Virus record (IMG/VR): IMGVR_UViG_3300020195_000651
Span: 1 to 54,845 of that record
Direction: 5' to 3' (one strand)
DNA length: 54,845 nucleotides
Source of the DNA: a virus
Lineage: Duplodnaviria; Caudoviricetes
A program made the position numbers and the translations under genes. Below the pieces are notes generated by a model, which was not told the origin of the DNA, did not search any database, and saw only the letters and a list, made by a program, of their open reading frames with translations. The first letter of the stretch is position 1; every line of letters starts with the position of its first letter. Shown here one piece after another: positions 1 to 10,104 of the stretch.

Positions 1-127
1 AGAAATAGGGCTGGACAAGCCCGAATCTACGCTTCAGGAGATTGAACCTCTACTATCAAGAGAGAAGTTGGTAGCAAGTTCGGTCAACGAATGAAGAATC
101 CGCAGGGCTTGCCCTGCGGTAAGTCAA
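1..127 (+). mobile_element. Right end / omega-RNA region of an IS200/IS605 (tnpB-type) element, cut by the window edge
   Basis: GAAT-ccgcagggc-tt-gccctgcgg-taag-TCAA: subterminal hairpin with the IS608-type right-end guide/cleavage pair GAAT/TCAA. Confidence 0.7.
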
Positions 128-765
128 AAACGATTGGATGAAAGCACATAATCCCTGAATACTTGACACATTGATTGGGTTGGAAACAACTCTCCTGATC
201 TCAATTTTGGATCAGGACTGTCCTTCCAATGCACTTTGATCTTATCTGCGATCTCTGGTGATTCAAAGAATTTAGGCACATCACAGCAAGTTTCTTTGTG
301 TGTGACTATTGAAAACCCAGCATCACTGAACCATTTGCGATAAGTGGGAATTGGGTGAATTATCTTTTGGGTAAACTTTCCACCCAGTTCTGGATAAACA
401 AGATGTGCATATGCTTTATTTAACTGGAATAGGTGAGTTCCGTGAGGGGAACACCATGGGTGGCATCTTACATAAATTTTCGTATTTGAGTTAGAAAGTG
501 ACTCAACCTTTAACAAGTCTTCAACTGGATTTTGGCTGTGATCTAACACGTCGTACAATACAACAACATCATAAGGAGGGGTAGATTTTGCCCCTCTGAT
601 GTATGCCTGTTTGGTTACGTCTTCATCTTCACAAAAGAAACTCAACCCTGTGAGCCTCCTACAGACGAATGTATCAAGTATTGATATTGCACGCAATTCT
701 TTATCTTGCGTATTAGACGCTATTTGAAGAGGATGAGCGGCATTTGGCCAATCTGGGTGAAACAT
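124..765 (-). CDS. Class I SAM-dependent methyltransferase-like protein
   Basis: YDVVVLYDVLDH motif typical of Methyltransf_11/23; stop codon TGA lies inside the IS right end. Confidence 0.55.
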   Translation of the reverse strand: MFHPDWPNAAHPLQIASNTQDKELRAISILDTFVCRRLTGLSFFCEDEDVTKQAYIRGAKSTPPYDVVVLYDVLDHSQNPVEDLLKVESLSNSNTKIYVRCHPWCSPHGTHLFQLNKAYAHLVYPELGGKFTQKIIHPIPTYRKWFSDAGFSIVTHKETCCDVPKFFESPEIADKIKVHWKDSPDPKLRSGELFPTQSMCQVFRDYVLSSNRF

Positions 766-798
766 AATCTAAATTAGAATTAGAAACGTAGATATTGT

Positions 799-1245
799 AT
801 GTCAAGCAACCTATTCATCGGATTCAAAATGTTTGTCGAAACATATGGAGATGAAGATAATAAAGATAAAGAAGAACCGGATTCATTTCAATCCCAAGCA
901 AAAAAAGTTTTGGGAGTGTCCAAGAAACTTTGGACTATGATGCCGTTACTTCTTAGTAACGTCAAATTAGGAAATCATAAAATTATAGAACCAACTATGT
1001 TTTATGTAAAGGAGTTTGATGATGATTCTGTCACATTAACAAACGTTCCAAAAGACGGTCAGCCTGACGATGAATCGGATTATGATGATCCGGACGATGA
1101 AATTGACTTAGACAAGTCAACGATCACAGGAAGAATTGAAGTAACGATAAGTAAAGATGATTTTGACGGTCTTCAGAAGCCTCAAACGTTTCAAGGAATG
1201 GATACAATGTCACTTAGGATTGGTGGCGGCGGGGGGATGATGTAA
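799..1245 (+). CDS. Hypothetical acidic protein
   Basis: 148 aa ORF; TAGATA 4 nt before ATG. Confidence 0.7.
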   Translation: MSSNLFIGFKMFVETYGDEDNKDKEEPDSFQSQAKKVLGVSKKLWTMMPLLLSNVKLGNHKIIEPTMFYVKEFDDDSVTLTNVPKDGQPDDESDYDDPDDEIDLDKSTITGRIEVTISKDDFDGLQKPQTFQGMDTMSLRIGGGGGMM

Positions 1246-1442
1246 TGGAAAGTTTTAGTAAATGGATTCATCAAGAAGAACTCAAGACAACAGAAACTAC
1301 TGATTCAGGTCAAGTTGCTGGATTTTCAAGACAATTATTCAGCAAAGGTCCAATGAATACCAAAATGTATCCTGAACCTGTAGTAATGAAGGATGAAAGA
1401 ATAAAACGTGGAAAGAATTTGTCAAAATTGCAAACTATTTAA
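1245..1442 (+). CDS. Hypothetical protein with capsid-targeting-like N-terminus (MESFSKWIHQEE)
   Basis: Coupled to upstream stop (TAATG). Confidence 0.6.
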   Translation: MESFSKWIHQEELKTTETTDSGQVAGFSRQLFSKGPMNTKMYPEPVVMKDERIKRGKNLSKLQTI

Positions 1443-1698
1443 TGAATCTGAAGGTACTTGTTTGGTAACGATTATTGTGCGTGGCGAACATTATGAATTG
1501 CCTGTTATTGCTAGTGATAGTTGTCATTGGGAGCGGGTTGATCGTGAAATTCAAAGCGATCTAGAACATACTCTGTCTGACAATAAAGAACCATATTTCC
1601 GAGCGAAATTAGAATCAGAAATGGATTCCGTAATTGAAGTCAAGCAAATGAGAATGTGGTCTGACGGAAAAAATGGATACATAGAAACAACTGAGTGA
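1408..1698 (+). CDS. Hypothetical Cys-rich protein
   Basis: CQNC...C...C, probable Zn binding. Confidence 0.65.
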   Translation: MERICQNCKLFNESEGTCLVTIIVRGEHYELPVIASDSCHWERVDREIQSDLEHTLSDNKEPYFRAKLESEMDSVIEVKQMRMWSDGKNGYIETTE

Positions 1699-1708
1699 AT
1701 GGATATCA

Positions 1709-2353
1709 ATGGATGATGTAATTGGTAAATATAACTACGTTCAATTTGGCGAATTGAATTATTGTATCAATAATGATATTATGTATCAAAGAGATATGAC
1801 TACTTCCGTTGAATATGGAGAATCTTATTTCGATAAATACATTGAATATGAAGACACAGAAATCAGCAATGGAATAAACAAAGGTCGTATTGACCTTTCT
1901 CACAAGTATTGCAAAGTTATTCTTGACGTTGGTGTCGGCAGTGGTGAATTCATCAAGAAATCACATGCGACCATGTACGGATTTGACATTAATCCAATAG
2001 CGATTGATTGGCTCAAGGAACGCAAAATTTGGGTTGATCCATACGAATCCGTGCCAGATGTTATTGAAGGAGTTACACTGTGGGATACTCTAGAACACAT
2101 TCCAAAACCAACTGACTTATTGAATAAATTCCGATCAGGAATGTATGTTTTTATCGCAGTCCCAATTTTCAATGATTTAACAAAAGTCAGATTCAGTAAA
2201 CATTACCGAAAGAACGAACATTACTATTACTATACAGTTCATGGTCTGAAAGGATACATGAACGATATAGGATATAGTTTAATTGAAATGTCAGACTCAG
2301 AAATGCGTTCTGGGCGAGAAAACATTATGGCTTTCGCTTTTCAGAGAAGATAA
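1709..2353 (+). CDS. Class I SAM-dependent methyltransferase
   Basis: ILDVGVGSG motif I, GFDIN, WDTLEH. Confidence 0.85.
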   Translation: MDDVIGKYNYVQFGELNYCINNDIMYQRDMTTSVEYGESYFDKYIEYEDTEISNGINKGRIDLSHKYCKVILDVGVGSGEFIKKSHATMYGFDINPIAIDWLKERKIWVDPYESVPDVIEGVTLWDTLEHIPKPTDLLNKFRSGMYVFIAVPIFNDLTKVRFSKHYRKNEHYYYYTVHGLKGYMNDIGYSLIEMSDSEMRSGRENIMAFAFQRR

Positions 2354-2849
2354 TTACATCATCTATGTAATTACTATAACTATCTGTGATTGAAGTTATC
2401 TGTGGGTCGTTAAGTATATTTTCAGTAATTTTTGTTATTAGTTTGTTTGGTCTGTGCCTGCCATATTCCAAACAATTTGCAGCCTCTACTGCGCCTACAC
2501 GAGATGACAATATAGCGTAAGCTATTGCTGAACTGCGTGACACGCCAGCCATACAAGCAACGGCAATATTATCTCTTCCTGTTGCCCAAAACAAAGCTTC
2601 TGTAACGTGGTGAGTTTGTGGAGGACTCCATCTCGTCCGCATTTGTTCTGAATCAAATTCAACGTCATCAAATTCTAAATGCAGCAGTTCTCCAGATGTC
2701 AACTTTTTGATGTCTTCCAATAAGTAGGTTTCATCTGGTTCTGTGATGACAATAACATCATATCCAGTTTCACTTTGTAAAAACTTAACTAGGTTTTTTC
2801 TGCTGAAAATCTTTATGTTCATATTGATTAGTTTAGAGGTATTTGTCAT
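2325..2849 (-). CDS. Protein tyrosine/dual-specificity phosphatase-like protein
   Basis: CX5R loop ACMAGVSRS, FDD general-acid loop, RPN motif. Confidence 0.85.
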   Translation of the reverse strand: MTNTSKLINMNIKIFSRKNLVKFLQSETGYDVIVITEPDETYLLEDIKKLTSGELLHLEFDDVEFDSEQMRTRWSPPQTHHVTEALFWATGRDNIAVACMAGVSRSSAIAYAILSSRVGAVEAANCLEYGRHRPNKLITKITENILNDPQITSITDSYSNYIDDVIIFSEKRKP

Positions 2850-4896
2850 TCTTGATCAATTCTTTCGCATTTTCGGAAATGCCTTCTGCGATCAATTTAC
2901 TGCAATTAAGAGCCTTGATGATGCCAAGTACATTGCCTGAAATCTTGTCTAGTGATCTTAAGTTAGCATCCCACAATCGCTTTCCTTTAATTTTTCCTAT
3001 ATTTTTCAAACGAACAATATCAACCATCTCTTCCTCAACTCCATACAGCAACCTCAGATAAAGCCTTCGGAAATATTCACGTTGATGCCACTTCCCGGTC
3101 ATTTGATCGAGTGCGCACAATACCTCAATTACTCGTTCGCAATCCATCTGTAACCCACGCTGGACTGCTCCCATGACCAAACTGTTATAACCTTTAAGCA
3201 TGTTGAAATAGCAACAGCCGATCTTGACTGCTCCATCCATAAAACTACGGCTACCACCCAACACCTTTTCGCACGCCTCTAACTTCAAACCGTACTTAGA
3301 CATTTCTTCTCTATCACCAGAACTCGTAATTCCCATTCTGTGACTGTCAATATTCGCCAATGCCATACTGATCCAGTAATCATCAGCAGATTTGTCTTTT
3401 TCAAACACTTTCGTCCAGTTTCTTGATAAGTCAGAAACATCAAATGGTGAGTAATAAAACATACTCGCTACTGTTCCAATAGAAGTAACGTCGTAAACGC
3501 CTTCATCTTCAACCATTGCGCCACATCGAGTCAACCCGTTCATTACCTCTGTTACAACATTACTATTGAGTTCTTTGGCTTGATGATGAGCAAGACTACG
3601 TTCATACCAATCATGTACATCATTATCACTCTGAATGTTTCTATGATGTACTTCGCTGGTTAGGTGGAATGCCAAACACTTACCTTCACCGATTCGTGAT
3701 TGAATTGGAGATTGTGATTCAAGACGTGTTTTTTGCTTATCGAATGTCTTGGAGGGAAGTAATACGTATGCGTCTCCTTGCGGGTCATATTGCGGTCGTC
3801 CTGCGCGTCCACATTCTTGCAATATGTCTTGAGTTTCCACTTCGCTGAGTCCGCGATGAACGCCAACCACAACGACACGTCTTGCAGGAACGTTAATTCC
3901 AGCGGCGACAGTAGATGTAGCAACAAGACACCTCAACTTTGGGTCTTCTCGGAATCTATTTTCAATACTGACTCGCTTCTCCTTGGTCAGATCAGCATTG
4001 TGATATTCACATTGAATTCCACGTTCTTTGAGGACGCTGTGCAGCATTTCTCCAGTTCTTTTTGTGTGAACGAACAAGAGGAACTTATCAGTCATATGTT
4101 CTTCAACAATCTTGATTGTTTGACGAACTTTCTCTTCCTCATTCTTTTCATATCCAAATGACACTTCGTTATACTTGACGTAATGTATATTGAGTGGGCA
4201 AGGACGGTACTTGGACTCCAACACAATTGTTGGCTTTCCGTTCAATTTGCTGAACCATTCGCCTATTTCTGTGACGTTGGGTAAAGTTGCGCTAAGACCT
4301 ATCAATCGACATTCTGGATTGATTTCACTGAACTTCATCAACCCTGATTCCAAATGATCTCCACGACCACTGCTCGCGATAAGATGTGTTTCATCGATTA
4401 CCAAAGTTTTGACTGCTTTGAGAAATTCGCTTGATTCACTGCGATGGTTTCTTGTTCTGGAGTTCAACATTTCACTTGTCATTACAATCAGATCAGAGCT
4501 GTCCAGTTCGGCTTTACGACTTGCTGTTAGTTTGTAATCACCCGTACAGACGGAAACCCTGAGTTTGCCCAAGTGACAATCTGGTCCTTCCCAGTCATCC
4601 AGGCGTTCTTGGGCGAGTGCGCGTAATGGCACGAGATACATGGCTTTGCCGCCTTTTCCATGTATTTCATCGCCAATAAACAATTCTGAACAAATCGTCT
4701 TTCCGCTACTTGTTGATGATGCAATTATGCAATTGTTATCTTTGTCATAATATTCAAAAACTTTACTTTGAACTGGATTGAAGTGTTCAAAAGGAAACTT
4801 GCCGTGCTTGTATTTCGATGTTTTTACTAAGTCTTTAGTGTCAGTAATTTTTGTTATCATGGCTCTCATTAAATGAAAATAACTCTTGTTGAACAA
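2833..4896 (-). CDS. Ski2/Hel308-like SF2 DExH helicase
   Basis: TSSGKT, PLRALA, DETH, LSAT, QECGRAGRP, C-terminal HhH (LKNIGKIKG); true start probably nearer 4860. Confidence 0.9.
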   Translation of the reverse strand: MFNKSYFHLMRAMITKITDTKDLVKTSKYKHGKFPFEHFNPVQSKVFEYYDKDNNCIIASSTSSGKTICSELFIGDEIHGKGGKAMYLVPLRALAQERLDDWEGPDCHLGKLRVSVCTGDYKLTASRKAELDSSDLIVMTSEMLNSRTRNHRSESSEFLKAVKTLVIDETHLIASSGRGDHLESGLMKFSEINPECRLIGLSATLPNVTEIGEWFSKLNGKPTIVLESKYRPCPLNIHYVKYNEVSFGYEKNEEEKVRQTIKIVEEHMTDKFLLFVHTKRTGEMLHSVLKERGIQCEYHNADLTKEKRVSIENRFREDPKLRCLVATSTVAAGINVPARRVVVVGVHRGLSEVETQDILQECGRAGRPQYDPQGDAYVLLPSKTFDKQKTRLESQSPIQSRIGEGKCLAFHLTSEVHHRNIQSDNDVHDWYERSLAHHQAKELNSNVVTEVMNGLTRCGAMVEDEGVYDVTSIGTVASMFYYSPFDVSDLSRNWTKVFEKDKSADDYWISMALANIDSHRMGITSSGDREEMSKYGLKLEACEKVLGGSRSFMDGAVKIGCCYFNMLKGYNSLVMGAVQRGLQMDCERVIEVLCALDQMTGKWHQREYFRRLYLRLLYGVEEEMVDIVRLKNIGKIKGKRLWDANLRSLDKISGNVLGIIKALNCSKLIAEGISENAKELIKNDKYL

Positions 4897-4929
4897 GAGT
4901 TATAACAGATTATCGATTATGTGTCAATG

Positions 4930-5250
4930 CTAAACTTTATTTTTTACGTAGTCATCCCAGACTTTCCATGTGCCACCTTCGCTAACAGGACACAATATTT
5001 CTGAATCATCATAAACAGTCAGTACGACTTGAGAATGTATTTCTGGAATTTCGCCTTCATTTTTAGCGAAAACCAAGCTTGATCCGTTGTAAACATAAGT
5101 GATAATTGCATCAATTTGTTTCAACAAGTTTTCTAACTTGATAAAATGTTCATGATGATTTGAAAGCCGTGTGCGAACTTGTAAAGTGTATCTCATTTTT
5201 TTATCGTTTGAAATAGTCCATTGTGCCCAAGCATTCATTTGCTGCACCAA
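4930..5250 (-). CDS. Hypothetical protein
   Basis: ORF in the leftward operon; true start probably MRYTL. Confidence 0.6.
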   Translation of the reverse strand: MVQQMNAWAQWTISNDKKMRYTLQVRTRLSNHHEHFIKLENLLKQIDAIITYVYNGSSLVFAKNEGEIPEIHSQVVLTVYDDSEILCPVSEGGTWKVWDDYVKNKV

Positions 5251-6481
5251 TACGTTTCAGTGCCAAAGCATAGGCAGAAGTTCTGAGAGATGGAATTCTG
5301 TACTTATCCATTCTGGTTACTGTACGTTCTGTTGCATAGTTTATCATTTGTCGCAATCCCTTGTCAACATCTTCTGCTGTCCTTTGCTGTGCGTTTCGGT
5401 TCTGGAGCCATTCAAAGTAGGATACGACCACGCCTCCAGCGTTAGCCAAAATATCAGGGACGACGACAATTCCCTTGTCGTTCAAAATTGCGTCTGCTTC
5501 ATTGGTGGTTGGTCCATTTGCTAGTTCAAGAACGACTTTGGCTTGTATTTTATCAGCATTATTTTTCGTCAATACGTTTTCAATAGCCGCAGGCACCAAA
5601 ACATCGCATTTAAGGGCAAGTAATTCATCGTTAGTAATCAATGTTCCTTGTCCCCAATTACGCCAATTTGAATCTTGTAAGGATTTCAGTGCCAAATCAG
5701 CATCAAATTCTGGACCTTTGGGGTCCATGTATACACCGCCGTATTCATTACTGACGGCAATGATGCGATTGCACAATGTTTCTTTTCGAGCAAGTTTTTC
5801 ACAGAACCAATAACCAACTTTTCCGAATCCTTGAATTGCGATGGTGACAGGTGAGGAAGCGCGAAACTTGAGTTCGGATTGGCGTTCCATGATGTGTTCA
5901 AGGCAATAGTAAGCGCCGTAGCCTGTGGCTGAGTTTCGTCCTTCTATGCCCCCCAGAGCGACGGGAAGCCCCGTAATGACGGCTTTAGGGTGTCCACCCT
6001 TGATCTTGCGGTATTCGGAGTACATCCAGCCCATAACTCGTTCGTCAGTGGCTACGTCAGGTGCAGGGATGTCTGTGTCTGGTCCGATAAAGTCAATGAA
6101 GGCATCGATGTAGGCTTTGCTAATGCGTTCCAGTTCGCGGTGACTGAGTGAGTTGGCGTCAACGCATATTCCACCTTTGGAACCTCCGTATGGCAATTTC
6201 ACGCAGGCGCATTTGAAAGTCATCCAGAATGACAGAGCTTCTACGTGATCGCGGTCAACTTTGGGGTGAAATCTGATGCCACCTTTACATGGTCCAAGAG
6301 TGTCGTTGTATTGACATCTATAAGCTTTATACATCTTGAGCGACCCGTCGTCGTGTCGCATTGGAATTGCGCATTGAAGAGTTTTTTGCGGGTATTGAAG
6401 TCGCTCCCAACTTTCCGGATCAATTTCAGCAAAAGGGTATGCTGCCTCAAGTTGTTTTTTTGCCTCATCTAACATCGGCAT
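5201..6481 (-). CDS. gdhA: Glu/Leu/Phe/Val dehydrogenase (glutamate dehydrogenase)
   Basis: GPCKGGIRFHP, PYGGSKGG, DIPAPD, IQGFGKVG, ELANGP, NAGGVVVSYFEW. Confidence 0.93.
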   Translation of the reverse strand: MPMLDEAKKQLEAAYPFAEIDPESWERLQYPQKTLQCAIPMRHDDGSLKMYKAYRCQYNDTLGPCKGGIRFHPKVDRDHVEALSFWMTFKCACVKLPYGGSKGGICVDANSLSHRELERISKAYIDAFIDFIGPDTDIPAPDVATDERVMGWMYSEYRKIKGGHPKAVITGLPVALGGIEGRNSATGYGAYYCLEHIMERQSELKFRASSPVTIAIQGFGKVGYWFCEKLARKETLCNRIIAVSNEYGGVYMDPKGPEFDADLALKSLQDSNWRNWGQGTLITNDELLALKCDVLVPAAIENVLTKNNADKIQAKVVLELANGPTTNEADAILNDKGIVVVPDILANAGGVVVSYFEWLQNRNAQQRTAEDVDKGLRQMINYATERTVTRMDKYRIPSLRTSAYALALKRIGAANECLGTMDYFKR

Positions 6482-6490
6482 AAATGCTCC

Positions 6491-6889
6491 TTATTTGTCA
6501 AGTCTGATAACTTGCCGTCCTCTCATCAAATACGGTTTGGTGTCACCTTTGATGAAATTACCATACGCATATAATTCAGCGTGTCCATCACCATTAACTG
6601 CCATAAACTCGATGTATTGATATTGAATTTTGTTACCGTAAATATCTTGAACTTGGATCAAGTCAATAATGTCAAATCCTGGCAGTGGTTTGGGTTTTTG
6701 GTCTATTATTTTGTACAGAAGAACCCAATCTTGTTTCTTCCAACGCAGCAGAGCGTCGGGATTAACGTGAACCCAACCGTCCCTAAGAAGTTTGTCTTCG
6801 TCGGTAACTCTTCGTTTGGGTTTCAGAACATCTTGTCTCCAGGGGACTAAACCTGCTATCATTAATCGTTTGTAGATTTTTTTGTTCAC
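6491..6889 (-). CDS. Hypothetical protein
   Basis: 132 aa, GTG start with TAGATA 5 nt upstream. Confidence 0.65.
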   Translation of the reverse strand: MNKKIYKRLMIAGLVPWRQDVLKPKRRVTDEDKLLRDGWVHVNPDALLRWKKQDWVLLYKIIDQKPKPLPGFDIIDLIQVQDIYGNKIQYQYIEFMAVNGDGHAELYAYGNFIKGDTKPYLMRGRQVIRLDK

Positions 6890-6922
6890 ATATTTATCTA
6901 TCTGTGTTGCAGATAATAAACA

Positions 6923-7378
6923 TTATAAACTTCCGTCATCGCTGATATCTTCGATGATTATTTCAGCGACCATATTTTCGTATTTCTTTTTTGGTCTCTG
7001 GTTGACTAAGGGGATTGGTCCCGTTGGGGTGTCGTGATAGACTTTGCGACGACTTTTTCGTGGTCCTTCAATGCCACGAATAATGTCTGATACTCTGATA
7101 ATGTTGTCATTGATCTCTTCAAAATCTGAGTCAATAAGACCGTAAGCGGTCTGAATATTCTGGACGAGGTTCCCCCAGTTTTCTTGCAGATCGCTTAGCG
7201 CTTCATCAATATTATCTTGACGGTCTTTAAACCTTTCGTATTTCTTCCACTCAGCGAGTGGAATTATGTATCGACGGACTTGTTGTGCCGGTTTTTGCGC
7301 CGGTTTTTGCTGCTGTTGTTGGTTTTGCTGCTTCTGATTAGCGCGATTTCGTTTTTTCTTTCGGCTCATAGCTGCCAA
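6923..7378 (-). CDS. Hypothetical protein, basic/Q-rich N-terminus, coiled coil
   Basis: 151 aa ORF in operon. Confidence 0.7.
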   Translation of the reverse strand: MAAMSRKKKRNRANQKQQNQQQQQKPAQKPAQQVRRYIIPLAEWKKYERFKDRQDNIDEALSDLQENWGNLVQNIQTAYGLIDSDFEEINDNIIRVSDIIRGIEGPRKSRRKVYHDTPTGPIPLVNQRPKKKYENMVAEIIIEDISDDGSL

Positions 7379-7691
7379 ACCTCTTTTTGACTTCGAGTTG
7401 GACGTAGCTATCTACTTGGTCCACCATATTGAAGAAGTCATCGGCAGAGGTTGCACTAGAGAGCCAACGGTCCATTTCTGGTTGTCGTTGGACTACCTCT
7501 ACAGCTTCTCCCAGATCGCCGCCAAGTCTATTGGCGAGTCGCATCCCAATGTACTTCAGATCATCGTCATTTAGCCGCCGGACATACTCTTTTAGAACAT
7601 CATTGAACTTTTTCATCTGATCCCCTGACTTATATGCAAAACTTGATACGTAAAGATAAATTTGAAGAATTACTATTATCGCAGTGGGCAA
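7338..7691 (-). CDS. Hypothetical protein (probable start MKKFNDV, about 7616)
   Basis: ORF overlapping the next gene start. Confidence 0.65.
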   Translation of the reverse strand: MPTAIIVILQIYLYVSSFAYKSGDQMKKFNDVLKEYVRRLNDDDLKYIGMRLANRLGGDLGEAVEVVQRQPEMDRWLSSATSADDFFNMVDQVDSYVQLEVKKRFGSYEPKEKTKSR

Positions 7692-7954
7692 GCTTTATGG
7701 ATATCACAAAGCTCCTATCTTATGTACTCAGCTGCGCCCGAGACATTACATATCCGATTACCAAAACGAAAATAAAACAACGCGGTACGCAACTCAAATT
7801 ATCCAGGTTTGAACCACAAAATGATGGTTTTATCATATGGGCTGAATTTTCGTTTTCTCGCGATTCCGGAACCGTTATTGGTACAAGTGAACTATTCCTG
7901 AATCCAAACGGGGAAATTAACCACATTCAAACTCAAGGTCAGTTCTTTATTTAA
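7634..7954 (+). CDS. Hypothetical protein
   Basis: 106 aa ORF filling the gap between convergent/divergent genes. Confidence 0.6.
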   Translation: MQNLIRKDKFEELLLSQWASFMDITKLLSYVLSCARDITYPITKTKIKQRGTQLKLSRFEPQNDGFIIWAEFSFSRDSGTVIGTSELFLNPNGEINHIQTQGQFFI

Positions 7955-8427
7955 AAGAATGCTATTTGATTTCTATCGACATGAGAATACCTCAATCCTT
8001 CATATACGCAAGGTGTAAACTTGGTTATAAATGGACTCGGAACAGGATCATTATCCTTGTAATATACGGTCCAAACGTATATTTTCCTGGCGAACTCGTC
8101 CGCTACGCCTTTGCGGTTGTGCATAACTTCAATGAAAGAAAGTTCTTTATCATCTAAAAACTGAGTTGCAACCTTGCAAACCAAAGAAAATGGCAAGAAT
8201 GTATGATACTTACCAAATACCTGTAAACTTTCCAACTCTATATCTAAGTAACGACACCTATTAAAATACACTAATAAATCATATCCGTCAACTACAATTT
8301 CTCGTTGTTTCAAGCAAGATATAATTTCCTCATCTTGTGGTGACTTAATAGGAAAACTATGTGGCACTAATTGAAGTGCAAGTGCTTTCATTTCTCTTAC
8401 GTGTTTATCCAAACGACAGATTTGCAT
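7951..8427 (-). CDS. Hypothetical protein
   Basis: 158 aa ORF. Confidence 0.7.
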   Translation of the reverse strand: MQICRLDKHVREMKALALQLVPHSFPIKSPQDEEIISCLKQREIVVDGYDLLVYFNRCRYLDIELESLQVFGKYHTFLPFSLVCKVATQFLDDKELSFIEVMHNRKGVADEFARKIYVWTVYYKDNDPVPSPFITKFTPCVYEGLRYSHVDRNQIAFF

Positions 8428-8431
8428 AGTT

Positions 8432-9163
8432 TTACCTTGCTGTCATCACTAACTCAGCAATATTTTCTAGACTGAAATTCTTTTTCATCATAAAGGCAGC
8501 ACGATTTGCTTCAACTGCCGCATTTGCTGTCCAGGTTTCAACAAGTCGTCCACCTGTATTTATTGCATTGATGTCCGAAAAAGTTTGTGCTGCGTAACAC
8601 ATCCAGTTTGCAGCAAAAGCAGCTACTGATTCACCGTCAGCAAAATACCCATTCTCATCCTTGCGTATGTCTTTTCTCGTGCTTTCAATGAATGTTTTGG
8701 CTCTGCCACTTTCACGAGCATCACCACCAATCCAGTCCAAGATATAGTCTTGAAATTTTGGGTCTTTATAAACTTTAGAAACTGCCCCGAACCCAAATTT
8801 CATTCTTGTGTAATCACTAATCTTGGGCAATCTTACTGTTTCTTTTGGTCTCATCCATTCACAATACACTCTACCATCAACAGATTCTTCGACGACTTCA
8901 CCACGAGATTCCCAAAGCACAGGACTATCAATACTAATATGTGCGCGAAATAAGAGAGATGCAAGAATTGAGTGTCGATAGCCTGGAATTAACTTTAACT
9001 TTTTTGGCTTGTTTAAATGCTCAGACAATTGATTTACCCGAATCCAACCTGTAGATGTGGATTCGGGACGAGCATTACATAAAGTTCCTGGTCCCCACCT
9101 GTGTCCATCAGGCGTTGACCACTCCTGATCCGTAATTTGATACAGAATTGATTCTGACATCAT
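8432..9163 (-). CDS. Hypothetical protein
   Basis: 243 aa ORF. Confidence 0.75.
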   Translation of the reverse strand: MMSESILYQITDQEWSTPDGHRWGPGTLCNARPESTSTGWIRVNQLSEHLNKPKKLKLIPGYRHSILASLLFRAHISIDSPVLWESRGEVVEESVDGRVYCEWMRPKETVRLPKISDYTRMKFGFGAVSKVYKDPKFQDYILDWIGGDARESGRAKTFIESTRKDIRKDENGYFADGESVAAFAANWMCYAAQTFSDINAINTGGRLVETWTANAAVEANRAAFMMKKNFSLENIAELVMTAR

Positions 9164-9292
9164 TCACGTCCCAAAATTACAACACACCAGAGAATTAGCA
9201 TAAATACTGCCCCTCCTGGTGTATTCCAGTTATTCAGATAACTCTCTATAATACCAAACAAAAATATTGTTGACCATATCGATAAAGAAACT

Positions 9293-9852
9293 TTACGAGT
9301 CAGCTTGTACATTCAAAAATTCCAAATTTTCCGCATGGTCAAACTCGTTTTCTGCCTCAAACCAGAAGTCACAACCATCACATACAGGACAACCAGCAGC
9401 AATCCATTTGTAATACGCCAGTTCACGAATCTGACTTTGCCTGTGTCAAGTACCCACGACCCTAAAGGGTCGGGGCTTGGCATTCCAAATTTCGTGTTGG
9501 ACCGAACCGTGTCCGGCGTTTCACGCCGGACGACACGGTACTTGAAAACAAGTACGACGGACGCCAATAGGTTGCTTGACTGTAACCCAATACTATTAGA
9601 GTATGTAACAATTACTTTTGCAATATTTTGTCCTATGGGCGGCTTACCCACTACCCTAAAGGGCTGACTGGCGAGTACGCCAGTCAGCATCTACGATGTA
9701 GGGGCTTCCGCCGCCCTTCTCCGTGAATCATCTAGTGTTAGATGTACCAAATTTGGCATTGGAGGCGTTTCAGGAAAATTAATTGGCGGCACATTTTCCA
9801 ATGTAGGTACGTAAATAGCACTTGGATATACAATTTCAATCATTTCATTCAT
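9293..9852 (-). pseudogene. DUF2934-like gene (93 aa when rejoined) interrupted by the element at 9445-9722
   Basis: Joining 9852-9723 to 9444-9293 reads ...LTLDDSHRQSQIRELAYYKWIAAGCPVCDGCDFWFEAENEF..., matching the IRExAYxxWxxxGxP...WxxAE DUF2934 pattern. Confidence 0.8.
9445..9722 (-). mobile_element. Non-autonomous IS200/IS605-derived element, family B copy 1 (278 bp)
   Basis: Follows target TTCAC; LE guide GAAG + hairpin; RE CAAG-ccccgacccttt-agggtcgtggg-tac-TTGAC; near-identical to 41731-42028. Confidence 0.88.
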
Positions 9853-10104
9853 TTATTTCGATCTTTCTTTTGTTAATTTAATTAATACAAAACTACCATC
9901 TTCTTCATTCACACTCAACAAAACGCGATCATCGACTTTGGGTGTGAATTGATAACATCCAGTAATTGGAATTTTCATTTCTGGATTTTTGTTACGTCCA
10001 GCATTAACATTAATGTGAACCAAATTATCGGCAATTGATTTGATTTTGCCGACATTTTGGTTGTAATTTTTGTAGTACGGAGCAACCTTCATCAACTTTT
10101 GCAT
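9853..10104 (-). CDS. Hypothetical protein
   Basis: 83 aa, tightly coupled to neighbours. Confidence 0.65.
   Translation of the reverse strand: MQKLMKVAPYYKNYNQNVGKIKSIADNLVHINVNAGRNKNPEMKIPITGCYQFTPKVDDRVLLSVNEEDGSFVLIKLTKERSK

Noticed and set aside
2743-6472. Numerous 60-130 aa antisense or overlapping ORFs here and across the window
   Set aside because: They are shadows of well-supported genes and have no motifs or RBS.
9305-9690. ORFs 9305-9667 (+), 9313-9690 (-) and 41822-42241 (+), the last two sharing the peptide GKPPIGQNIA...
   Set aside because: They are reading frames across the repeated non-coding element, and the shared peptide reflects DNA identity. Only the 3' part of 41822-42241 (from GTG near 42047) may be a real small gene.
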